Below, piece after piece: positions 1-8,339 of a DNA stretch of 64,000 nt. Under the pieces are notes generated by a model. The model was not told the origin of the DNA, did no database searches, and saw nothing but the letters and a program-made list of their open reading frames with translations. The translations under genes were made by a program, and so were the position numbers. Source of the stretch: Verrucomicrobiota bacterium (GTDB lineage: Bacteria > Verrucomicrobiota > Verrucomicrobiia > Verrucomicrobiales > Akkermansiaceae); NCBI GenBank assembly GCA_040384845.1, contig JAZKIL010000014.1, positions 40,227 through 104,226 on the forward strand. Direction: 5' to 3'. Position 1 is the stretch's first letter. Each line of letters opens with the position of its first letter.

Positions 1-1062
1 CACTGGCACGTTGAGCCCGATCTTCTCTGCAAAGCGCACCACATCCCAGTTGGCCAAGCGAATGCAACCATGGCTGCTGGCTCTTCCGATGGTATCGGGA
101 TCATTGGTGCCGTGGATGCCTATGCCGTCTTTGCTGAGTTGAATCCACATGACACCAACCGGATTGTTAGGACCGGGTGACAGCATGTGAAAGTCGTCGC
201 TGCGGACGCCTTCTTTTAGCATGGATTTATCGTGGCGGAAATTCGGCATGGTAGAGATTTTTGTCACTTTCCATTTTCCCACGGGTGATTCCGTCTGTCC
301 GGAGCCGACGGTTACAGGATAGGCCGCGACGAGCTTATCGTTTTCGAACACCGTTAGCATGTTGATCTCGGTATTGATATGAACGATCAGCTTACTATCA
401 TTTTCCTTCTTGGCTTCAGCATCATCGTTTTTGTTAGAATCGGCTTCATCCTTATCCTGGGCGAACTTTTCTTTCAGTGCATCAATGGCGGATTTTTCAA
501 ATGGCACCACGTTGACGACTTTCAACAAATCTCCCGCTTTGATGTTCTTGGTTTTGCCTGGGTTGAGTTCTTCCAGATAACCCGCATCCATGTGAAATTT
601 CTCAGCGATCGCCTCTGCTGCGGAGCGATACGGCAATGCTTTGAGTTTGGCTTGCTCCGGGATTTCGCTCGGAAGTTCACCCACTTGCTTTAGATCTTCC
701 TCACTCACTTCGTAAGTTAGAAACAAAGGATCTGCAGTTGTTAGATCTAGATCACTCAGATCCGGTAGTGCATCGCCTTTCTCAACTTTCACTTTGGGAT
801 CCGGAGTCGTTGGAGTGACCGCCCCTCCCTGCGCCTGACGGTATAGAGCTAGAGCTTCCAAAGTGAATTGCCCGATGCGTCCATCAATTTTTCCAGGAGC
901 GAATTCCGCTTTATCGAGAAAAATTTGTAGCCGAGTCACGGCTTCGATCGCTTCGCCGGCGACGGGATTTTCGGTCTTTTTTTCCTCCTCCGCGAGAGCT
1001 CCGAAAGATAAGGATGCGAGGAGAAGAATCGTTGTGGGCAGTTTGGGTAAGGAGCTGGACAT
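1..1062 (-). CDS. L,D-transpeptidase (YkuD/ErfK family) with signal peptide and N-terminal peptidoglycan-binding region; 3' end runs off the window
   Basis: Not in the ORF track. Manual translation from ATG at 1062 gives MSSSLPKLPTTILLLASLSFGALAEEEKK...RLQIFLDKAEFAPGKIDG; the window start encodes GIHGTNDPDTIGRASSHGCIRLANWD, the HxxC catalytic motif, in the same frame. Confidence 0.9.
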   Translation of the reverse strand, partial: MSSSLPKLPTTILLLASLSFGALAEEEKKTENPVAGEAIEAVTRLQIFLDKAEFAPGKIDGRIGQFTLEALALYRQAQGGAVTPTTPDPKVKVEKGDALPDLSDLDLTTADPLFLTYEVSEEDLKQVGELPSEIPEQAKLKALPYRSAAEAIAEKFHMDAGYLEELNPGKTKNIKAGDLLKVVNVVPFEKSAIDALKEKFAQDKDEADSNKNDDAEAKKENDSKLIVHINTEINMLTVFENDKLVAAYPVTVGSGQTESPVGKWKVTKISTMPNFRHDKSMLKEGVRSDDFHMLSPGPNNPVGVMWIQLSKDGIGIHGTNDPDTIGRASSHGCIRLANWDVVRFAEKIGLNVPV

Positions 1063-1248
1063 ATACGGATAGAGTATCGCCCGATGGAAACTCCGCTATA
1101 AGTAGTAACCCTCGGTTATCGCACCGAAGGAGCCTATTTGGTTCCCCGGGACTTCTAACGCCGGGCATAACCACCCAAATCCTTTGAAATCCGTGCTTTG
1201 ACAGAACAGTATACGGGTGAAAGGTGTGCCGCGCACCCAATAACCTGA

Positions 1249-2652
1249 ATGAACCCTATTCGAAGCTCTTTCATCTACTGTCTCATCCCTTTCGGGCTGG
1301 TCGCCTGTGCCATTACAGATTCTCGAAATGCTTTGCCCGAAATTCCGGCTGCTTGGAAAAATGCCGTCTCGTTCCCCTCGGCTTCCGCCCAGCGCGACCT
1401 CAGCCGTTGGTGGAAACGCTTTGACGATCCCACACTCAACCGCGTTATTACTGACGGCCTGGCCAATAGTCCGGACATCGCTTCCGCATCCTCGCGCATC
1501 CGGGAAGCTCGGGCCCGCCGAGATGAGGTGAACTCCTCGCTTTTTCCATTCATCGGCGGATCCGCGGGGTCAAATTCTAGTTGGCTGAAAACTCGCGGTC
1601 TGTCTGAGGTTTCCAACACGCGTTATTCTGCAGATCTCAACGCGTCGTGGGAAGTCGACTGGTTTGGAAAAAACCGCTCTAGCGTCGAAGCAGCATCCGC
1701 TCAAATCGGTGCTGCGGAAGAAAGTTTTCATTCGGTCCAAGCCTCGCTCGCGGCCGAAATTGCCACCGCTTATACGAACCTCCGCGCCGATGAAACGCGA
1801 ATGACGGTGCTGCGCAGCCTCGTCAAAAGCCGTGAGCAAACCGCACAACTCGCGACTTGGCGGCAACAAGCCGGCGAGACGGATTCACTCGAATCCAGCC
1901 AAGCGCTCAGCAGTCTCGAACAAGCACGTGCCGGCATTCCCGCGCTGGAACAAGCCATTGCTCAGGGGAAAAACTTGCTGTCATTGCTGTGCGGACGCGA
2001 GCCCGGCTCGCTCGACTCCGCACTAAAATCTAGCAAGTCCGATATTCCTCATCCTGAACGTAGCCTAGCCATTGGCATTCCGGCGGACACCATTCGGCAA
2101 CGTCCAGATGTCCGCCTCGCTGGTTGGCAGCTTGTTGCGGCAGTAGCCAATAGCCGCTCAGCCGAAGCAGAGCGCTTTCCCTCTCTCAACCTAACAGGAA
2201 ATCTCGGGATCAACGCTCTCAGCGCTGGGAAACTTTTCAATCCACAGACCACAGGTGCGGGACTCGTCGCTGGAATCACCAGTCCAATCTTTGACGCCGG
2301 TCGCATCCAATCGAATATTGAGGCGCTTGGCGAGGCCGAGGAACAAGCCGTGCAAACTTACCGCTCCGCAGTTCTAACAGGGCTCTCCGAGGTCGAGGAC
2401 GCGCTTATCGCCTGCCGCCGATCGGCAGAACGTCTCGAAATACTCGAAAAAGCTACCCGGCTAGCCCGTGAGTCTGACCAACTCGCCCGTCAGCGTTATG
2501 AGGCTGGTGAAATTGATTTTCTTGCGGTGCTCGATTCCCAACGCACATTGCTTGGCCTTGAAGACAGCCTGATTTCATCTCGTGCTGACCGAACTACATC
2601 CTATATCCGTCTTTATCAGGCGCTGGGCGGTGGCTGGTCATCTGCATCCTAA
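1249..2652 (+). CDS. Efflux outer-membrane lipoprotein, NodT/OprM (TolC) family
   Basis: Lipobox LVAC, WWKRFDDPTLN, RPDVR and LYQALGGGW motifs; first gene of an efflux operon. Confidence 0.92.
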   Translation: MNPIRSSFIYCLIPFGLVACAITDSRNALPEIPAAWKNAVSFPSASAQRDLSRWWKRFDDPTLNRVITDGLANSPDIASASSRIREARARRDEVNSSLFPFIGGSAGSNSSWLKTRGLSEVSNTRYSADLNASWEVDWFGKNRSSVEAASAQIGAAEESFHSVQASLAAEIATAYTNLRADETRMTVLRSLVKSREQTAQLATWRQQAGETDSLESSQALSSLEQARAGIPALEQAIAQGKNLLSLLCGREPGSLDSALKSSKSDIPHPERSLAIGIPADTIRQRPDVRLAGWQLVAAVANSRSAEAERFPSLNLTGNLGINALSAGKLFNPQTTGAGLVAGITSPIFDAGRIQSNIEALGEAEEQAVQTYRSAVLTGLSEVEDALIACRRSAERLEILEKATRLARESDQLARQRYEAGEIDFLAVLDSQRTLLGLEDSLISSRADRTTSYIRLYQALGGGWSSAS

Positions 2653-2680
2653 CAACTTTCATACTCTCATCCGTTTCTCT

Positions 2681-4033
2681 ATGCAAAAACCAAATCCGAA
2701 CGAAGATCTCGCTAAAATTGTCCGCGCCGGCGCTTCCAAGCCGGTTCGCAAAAGCATCATCATGCTGGTGGTCATCGCTCTCCTTGGCAGTGGCGTCTGG
2801 TATTTTTTCAACCGCAACGATAATGAAAACAGCGAACCAAAATTTATCACCGAGCCCGTAAAGCGAGGCCGTATCTCACTCATCGTCACCGCCGCGGGCA
2901 ACCTCGCGCCTACCAACCAAGTGATCATCGGCAGCGAACTTTCTGGTACCGTCAAGGAACTCTACATCGACACCAATGACACAGTAAAAAAGGATCAGCC
3001 CCTCGCCAAGCTGGATACTTCAAAGCTCGAACAACAGACCGAACGCAGTCGCGCCGCGCGGCTCGCGGCACAGGCACGTGTTAGCCAAGCGGAAGCGACG
3101 CTTGCTGAAAGTAAGGCCGCGCTCGCGAGGCAGGAGGAACTCCTCAAACTCAGCGAAGGTAAAACCCCGTCGAAAGCCACCATGGAGACCTCTCGCGCCA
3201 CTGTTGCTCGAGCCGAGGCCGATCTGCAAAGCGCGAAAGCCTCCGTCACAGGAGCCGAGGCCGATGTTCGTGCCTTTGAAAGCGATTTGAAAAAAGCCAT
3301 CATCTGCTCGCCAGTAGATGGAGTTGTCCTTTCCCGCTCGATCGAGGTCGGCCAAACTGTCGCCGCCTCATTCACTGCTCCCACGCTTTTCACGATCGCA
3401 GAGGATCTTAAGAAAATGGAATTGTTAGTTTCCGTGTCTGAAGCGGACATTGGCCGTGTCCAAGTAGGTCAGACAGCAACCTTCAGCGTCGATGCCTGGC
3501 CTACACGTTCCTACACCGCTACAGTGGAAAAAGTCGCATTCGGATCGGCCAACAACAATACGAACAGCAATGGTGGATCTAACAACAATGGAAACAACTC
3601 GGCTGCAGCCACCGGCATCGTCATCTACAGCACCGAGCTCAATGTCCCCAATGACGACCTGTCCCTGCGTCCAGGGATGACTGCCTCTGTGGACATCGCC
3701 ATCGAAGACAAGAAAGACATCATGGTGGTTCCTAACACCGCATTGAGGTTTGATCCGGAGGTTGCCGCAGCCATCGGCAAGCCTACCGAAAGCAAGCGCA
3801 CCATCGTCGAGACTCTTATGCCGAGTCGCGGTCGCTTTCGCAGTCCTTCTGCGCCTAAGAGCGGTACGCGGACGGAAGAGCCGCATGTTTGGATATTGAA
3901 AAATGGAAAACCTGAAATGGTGATTGTTAAAACTGGTATCACCGACGGATTACGGACCGAAATCATCGGAGACTCCCTTTCCGAAGAAGCGCCGATCATC
4001 GTAAGCATCAAGCCCATTGAAAAAGCGGAATGA
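2681..4033 (+). CDS. Periplasmic adaptor (membrane fusion protein), MacA-like
   Basis: IGSELSG, SPVDGVV, GQTVAASFTAPTLF, LRPGMTA motifs. Start placed at MQKPNP (2681) rather than the longer ORF-track start. Confidence 0.9.
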   Translation: MQKPNPNEDLAKIVRAGASKPVRKSIIMLVVIALLGSGVWYFFNRNDNENSEPKFITEPVKRGRISLIVTAAGNLAPTNQVIIGSELSGTVKELYIDTNDTVKKDQPLAKLDTSKLEQQTERSRAARLAAQARVSQAEATLAESKAALARQEELLKLSEGKTPSKATMETSRATVARAEADLQSAKASVTGAEADVRAFESDLKKAIICSPVDGVVLSRSIEVGQTVAASFTAPTLFTIAEDLKKMELLVSVSEADIGRVQVGQTATFSVDAWPTRSYTATVEKVAFGSANNNTNSNGGSNNNGNNSAAATGIVIYSTELNVPNDDLSLRPGMTASVDIAIEDKKDIMVVPNTALRFDPEVAAAIGKPTESKRTIVETLMPSRGRFRSPSAPKSGTRTEEPHVWILKNGKPEMVIVKTGITDGLRTEIIGDSLSEEAPIIVSIKPIEKAE

Positions 4034-4737
4034 CCACGGAAACACTCATCAAACTGCGCGGCCTCACCAAGGTCTACGGCAGCGGAGACGCCTCGTTCCT
4101 CGCCCTACGCGGCGTAGATCTGGATATACGTCGTGGAGAATTTCTCGCGGTGATGGGCCCCAGCGGTTCGGGAAAATCCACGTTGATGAATCTGTTAGGT
4201 TGTCTCGATAGTCCCACTTCCGGCTCTTATATCTTTAAAGGCATCGAGGTGGAAACTCTCAACAAAGACCAACGCTCGTTGATCCGCCGCCATGCACTGG
4301 GTTTCATCTTCCAAGGCTTCAATCTACTTGCTCGCACCTCGGCCTTGGAAAATGTCGAGCTCCCCCTTCTCTATCGCGGTTACTCACGCAAGGAGCGACA
4401 CGAACTCGCCCGCGAGGCGCTCGCCCGCGTGGGACTGATCAACAAGGAGCGCAATACGCCCGCCGAACTCTCCGGCGGGCAGCAACAACGCGTTGCCATC
4501 GCCCGCGCCATCGTCACTAATCCAGACACCCTGTTTGCCGACGAGCCAACCGGGAATCTGGATTCGAAGACCACGCGCGAAATCATGGAACTGCTCGACC
4601 AACTCAACACCGAACGCGGCATCTCCATCATCATGGTCACCCACGAAGTCGATGTTGCCTCACATGCAAAACGTATCATCCATGTGATCGACGGCTTGAT
4701 CTCCGAGGATTCCACCAACCACTCTGCCGCGCACTGA
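4030..4737 (+). CDS. ABC transporter ATP-binding protein, MacB/LolD-like
   Basis: Walker A GPSGSGKST, signature LSGGQQQRVAIARA, ADEPTGNLD; ATGA overlap with the upstream gene. Confidence 0.95.
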   Translation: MTTETLIKLRGLTKVYGSGDASFLALRGVDLDIRRGEFLAVMGPSGSGKSTLMNLLGCLDSPTSGSYIFKGIEVETLNKDQRSLIRRHALGFIFQGFNLLARTSALENVELPLLYRGYSRKERHELAREALARVGLINKERNTPAELSGGQQQRVAIARAIVTNPDTLFADEPTGNLDSKTTREIMELLDQLNTERGISIIMVTHEVDVASHAKRIIHVIDGLISEDSTNHSAAH

Positions 4738-4740
4738 TTT

Positions 4741-5949
4741 ATGATTTTCAACGCTCTACTCATCGCCATTCGAGAGATCCGTCGGAATCTGACGCGTTCG
4801 TTTCTAACAGTGATTGGGATTGTGATCGGTGTTGCTGCGGTCATCACCATGGTCACGCTTGGCCGCGGTGCGACAGCGAGTATCAAGGACCAGATTTCAA
4901 AAATGGGCAGCAATCTGCTCGTGCTCCGCTCCGGCGAGGGTTGGGGTTCCTGGGGAGCACCGCAGTTCACCATGAGTGATGTGGAAGCTATCCGCTATCA
5001 GGTTTCCGGGATCTCTGGCATCGCCCCCTTCATCCGCACCAATGTGCCCGCCGTCTATCAGGAAAACGACCGCGCCACGGATGTTCAAGGCACCACCCCC
5101 AACTATTTCGTTATCGGGAACTGGGATATCGCCCTCGGCCGCTTTTTCACGGAAGAGGAGGTAAAAGAGGCTGCTCCGGTATGCGTTATCGGGGAAACCA
5201 TCCGCAAAGAGCTTTTCGGCGCAGGCGTGGATCCCATCGGCTGTAAAATTCGTGCGAAGTCGATTGCCTTTGAAGTTGTTGGCGTTACCGCTGCCAAGGG
5301 GCAGGGCGGCTTTTCTGATGATCTGGACGACAATATCATCACCCCTTATACCACCGTGCAGCTCCGGCTAACTGGACGCGGCGACGGACGAAACATCAAT
5401 CAAATCATGATCTCAGGCGAGGACGGCTACCCAGGCGCCAATATCGTGGCCGATGTCAGTTCTCTCATGCGTGAGCGCCGTGGTATCCGTGCTAATGAGC
5501 AGGACAACTTTAATGTCTTCGATTCTCAGCAACTCTCGGAGGTCCTCAGCTCCAGCACACAGGTCATGACATCGTTGTTGGCTTGGGTTGCAGGTGTCAG
5601 CCTTCTCGTTGGCGGCATTGGCATCATGAATATCATGCTCGTTTCGGTGACTGAGCGCACCCGCGAAATCGGCATCCGCCTTGCCATCGGGGCACGTGCT
5701 CGGGAGGTGCTACTGCAGTTTCTTGTCGAGGCAGTCACTCTCTCCTGCATCGGCGGACTTTCGGGCATCATCCTCGCTTATGGGGTCTGTACCATGCTCG
5801 TGAAAGAAGTCGGTGCGCCGTTCATCTTCGATGTCAAAATCAATGTCATCGCCTTCGTGTTTTCCGCTGCCATAGGCATTGTCTTCGGCTTCATGCCCGC
5901 CCGCCGAGCCGCCAAACTGGATCCCATCGAAGCACTACGGCACGAGTAA
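4741..5949 (+). CDS. ABC transporter permease, MacB/FtsX family
   Basis: RSFLTVIGIVIGVAAVI, VGGIGIMNIMLVSVTERTREIGIR, PARRAAKLDPIEALRHE. Confidence 0.95.
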   Translation: MIFNALLIAIREIRRNLTRSFLTVIGIVIGVAAVITMVTLGRGATASIKDQISKMGSNLLVLRSGEGWGSWGAPQFTMSDVEAIRYQVSGISGIAPFIRTNVPAVYQENDRATDVQGTTPNYFVIGNWDIALGRFFTEEEVKEAAPVCVIGETIRKELFGAGVDPIGCKIRAKSIAFEVVGVTAAKGQGGFSDDLDDNIITPYTTVQLRLTGRGDGRNINQIMISGEDGYPGANIVADVSSLMRERRGIRANEQDNFNVFDSQQLSEVLSSSTQVMTSLLAWVAGVSLLVGGIGIMNIMLVSVTERTREIGIRLAIGARAREVLLQFLVEAVTLSCIGGLSGIILAYGVCTMLVKEVGAPFIFDVKINVIAFVFSAAIGIVFGFMPARRAAKLDPIEALRHE

Positions 5950-5961
5950 TACAAGGAGGGG

Positions 5962-6038
5962 GCATCATACGCGGCGGGGTGGACGCCCGAATTCTAACTG
6001 GATCGTTACCCACCGTTGGATGGAGCATCTTGTTCGAG
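5962..6038 (-). mobile_element. Truncated/degenerate integron attC site (cassette D)
   Basis: Minus strand CTCGAAC-AAGAT-GCTCCATC-CAACGGTGG...GAATTCGGGCGTCCACCCCGCCG closely resembles the attC at 7440-7528, but L' is degenerate and there is no terminal GTT. Confidence 0.7.
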
Positions 6039-6042
6039 ATTA

Positions 6043-6441
6043 TTAATTTTGTTTCCATGATTGTACAAGAAAATACTGATAGTCTTCTCCTGGTCTTTTA
6101 ATCAAATCTCCCTCGCTCCTTCTTTGGATGGATTAAAACTGACCGTGCAAGTCCAATGTTCCATTTAGTAACTTCGGTGAAGAATCGCTTGCTGGAAATA
6201 CCGCATGAATCATATCCGTCGATTGAGGTGCTCGGAAGGTAAGCTCTCTGCCATTTGGATAGTATCCCTGTGCTCCACAGACGAGGGGATATTGGATTCC
6301 AGCGGATAATGCATCAAAATACACAAGATTCTGTAAAATCACTATTGAGGTGGCTTGGGATTGTGCATCCTCCGTAGATGGTCGGTTATCCGAAGAGCAC
6401 CCGATCAAAAATATTAGCGATAGTAAGCAAATGATTTTCAT
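6043..6441 (-). pseudogene. Cassette D: small lipoprotein-like ORFan with a probable premature TAA at 6133-6135
   Basis: Lipobox LIGC. After TAA the same frame stays open for SIQRRSEGDLIKRPGEDYQYFLVQSWKQN to a stop at 6043-6045, 5 nt before the attC. It could instead be an intact 102-aa gene (6133-6441). Confidence 0.5.
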
Positions 6442-6446
6442 TTATT

Positions 6447-6573
6447 CTCGAACGATGAGCACGTGCACCACTACCAGCGGGAGCGCGCGTCGGTCACGGG
6501 GTTGAGGTTGTAGTCAGGATAAATCATCGAAAGTGAACGGCTGGTAGTGATTGCACGATGCGGCTTGTTAGTC
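6447..6573 (-). mobile_element. Integron attC site (cassette C), 127 bp
   Basis: R'' GACTAAC, spacer AAGCC, L'' GCATCGTG (one extra base), stem ATCACTACCAGC/GCTGGTAGTGGT, L' CACGTGC, spacer TCATC, R' GTTCGAG. Confidence 0.88.
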
Positions 6574-7008
6574 GCGCTTGTCTGGACATAGGAGGTCCCG
6601 AAGCTTCTGCTCGATAAGGACACGATCTGCCGAAAGAGCCATGGATCCGATATACGAATTCCCATCAGAATGGTCTCCATAAACACAGAGCTGGATGCGG
6701 TAGTCTCTAAAGTCGTCTGCCAGCAATGTCCGGAGCCCAGCAAGAAACTCCGGAGTACAATGGTCGGGAGTAACCTCCAAGTGGCGAGTGTGATCAGGCC
6801 ACCAGTCATCACCCACGAACGGTGACTCATCGGACTCAGAGCCGAATTGCTTAGATGCTTCGTTGCGAATCAGGTGGATGAGGAATGAATCCCTTCGCTC
6901 GTAATCGGATTCCTCGCTCTCGGTCGCAAACTCTGCAATGAACGCCTGCTCCCTAAACAACTCATCGAACTGATCAGGCGATACAACTTGTTGGTTCTTG
7001 GGCAGCAT
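6568..7008 (-). CDS. Cassette C: hypothetical acidic protein, 146 aa
   Basis: ORF fills the space between two attC sites; its TAA stop lies inside R'' (GAC-TAA-C). No family recognised. Confidence 0.8.
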   Translation of the reverse strand: MLPKNQQVVSPDQFDELFREQAFIAEFATESEESDYERRDSFLIHLIRNEASKQFGSESDESPFVGDDWWPDHTRHLEVTPDHCTPEFLAGLRTLLADDFRDYRIQLCVYGDHSDGNSYIGSMALSADRVLIEQKLRDLLCPDKRD

Positions 7009-7019
7009 ATGAATTCTTT

Positions 7020-7115
7020 GACTAATGTTAGAAGTGTGGCACGGCGGGAGAAAGGCGTCCAGAGCGAAGCGAACTAGGGACTTTGCCCGCCGTTGCCACC
7101 ACTGACTTGTTCTGC
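7020..7115 (-). mobile_element. Integron attC site (cassette B), 96 bp, core GTT changed to ATT
   Basis: R'' GCAGAAC, AAGTC, L'' AGTGGTGG, stem CAACGGCGGG/CCCGCCGT, L' CCACACT, TCTAAC, R' ATTAGTC. Confidence 0.8.
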
Positions 7116-7433
7116 TTCTTCATTTGGTTCGATTGGTCTTGCCCCAGCATAGAGCACCTCATTCGGATCGATCCCGGATATGAATGTCCTCAGGGCTTCG
7201 ATGTCTTGCTCGCTACCGGTCAACTTGGGATCGAAATAGGTCTCTTGAATTACGAAGATCTCACCCTCGCCACGAAGGAATCTAGATACCTGCAAATCCG
7301 GTGCCCAGAATTCGTCCTCCAGCTTCAACCCTAACGCGCCGATCCCGCGAAACACATTGGAGAAGCAGGCCCCCTTGAATTCGACTTCGCTATCCTTATT
7401 GAAGGCGAAAAAGCGATCTTCCCAAGTCATCAT
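7074..7433 (-). CDS. Cassette B: hypothetical protein, 119 aa; C-terminus reads into the attC (EQVSGGNGGQSP)
   Basis: ORF starts 6 nt after R' of the preceding attC and stops inside its own attC. Confidence 0.78.
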   Translation of the reverse strand: MMTWEDRFFAFNKDSEVEFKGACFSNVFRGIGALGLKLEDEFWAPDLQVSRFLRGEGEIFVIQETYFDPKLTGSEQDIEALRTFISGIDPNEVLYAGARPIEPNEEAEQVSGGNGGQSP

Positions 7434-7439
7434 TTCTTA

Positions 7440-7528
7440 GCAGAACGTCTAGCTCATCCACGGCGGGGATGGAAGCCCGAATTCAAAGAAGGACGTTGTC
7501 CGCCGTTGGATGGAGCGCCTTGTTCGCC
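7440..7528 (-). mobile_element. Integron attC site (cassette A), 89 bp
   Basis: R'' GGCGAAC, AAGGC, L'' GCTCCATC, stem AACGGCGG/CCGCCGT, L' GATGAGC, TAGAC, R' GTTCTGC. Confidence 0.9.
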
Positions 7529-7541
7529 GTTTGTTTGATAT

Positions 7542-7886
7542 TCATTGTGGTGGACTACATTGACCTCCTGACCACGCACCAATTGACTCTCCAATGGCAT
7601 CCTGAAGTGGAGTCTGATTGCACCAGTATTCATCGATTGTTCCAGCTCGGGACCAGGTAGAATGATTAAACCCATCTTCTATATCGTTATACCAGATGAC
7701 CGTCGAGCCATAGATTGCGACGACCCAGAAACCACCACCCATCACGCCGTATGTGTTCTCTTCCCACTTGACGGGATCTATCTTAATTACTTCCCATACA
7801 CGACGCTGCGCCAAGCTCATCTTGTCCCATGCTGAATTGATTATGTCCCAAATCTCGACTTCGGTCGTGGGTTTCCAAGTATTCAT
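7542..7886 (-). CDS. Cassette A: Trp-rich hypothetical protein, 114 aa
   Basis: Preceded by core site GTTAGCC (7892-7898) and followed by an attC. Contains GGGFWVVAIYGSTVIWYNDIEDGFN...IDEYWCNQ. Confidence 0.8.
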   Translation of the reverse strand: MNTWKPTTEVEIWDIINSAWDKMSLAQRRVWEVIKIDPVKWEENTYGVMGGGFWVVAIYGSTVIWYNDIEDGFNHSTWSRAGTIDEYWCNQTPLQDAIGESIGAWSGGQCSPPQ

Positions 7887-8189
7887 TTTCTGGCTAACAG
7901 TATTTATTAGTAGAGTCTCACGTGTGTATATCAGACGCGGTTGACTTCTATATTCAATCGAAATTTATCAATAACGACAAGGAATTTGTTAGGTGGCGTG
8001 GGTACTATCAGAAAATTTTAAGCCGCTCATTTTTCCAAAACTTCCTTTGCTGATAGTCCCCAGTTTTTAGTGGACGGGATGGTAATTTGCGGCCGGTTTA
8101 GGATAGAGATTTATCTTCATGTTACGATGAGCCATGGGTTAGGAGTAATCAGTCCTTTCGATGAAGAACTGAATGGATTGATGGAAAGC

Positions 8190-8335
8190 GTGGCGAGACG
8201 CCACTCACACGGCCTGCGGCAAGATGCCGCAGCTACGGTGTGATAATTCATGAGACGGCGACCGATGATCGCCGCTACGACGGACAAGTTTTTGAATGAA
8301 GAGGAAAGATAAAGGGACAGGAATGTCCCTTCTCC
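8190..8335. repeat. Cluster of four REP-like palindromes
   Basis: GTGGCGAGACGCCAC (8190-8204), CTGCGGCAAGATGCCGCAG+CTAC (8214-8236), CGGCGACCGATGATCGCCG+CTAC (8256-8278), AGGGACAGGAATGTCCCT+TCTCC (about 8313-8335); GTAG/GGAG-type ends on the minus strand. Confidence 0.7.
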
Positions 8336-8339
8336 TCAG

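Noticed and set aside
911-1240. 109-aa minus-strand ORF from the track
   Set aside because: Wrong frame; the real gene is the L,D-transpeptidase starting at 1062.
7454-7675. 73-aa ORF ending EQGAPSNGGQRPSLNSGFHPRRG
   Set aside because: It is an alternative frame of cassette A plus translation of the attC itself, not a separate gene.
5962-7898. CRISPR array interpretation of the repeated GAACAAG..CCATCCAACGG motifs
   Set aside because: The repeats are long, degenerate, separated by whole genes and have attC structure; no cas genes are present.
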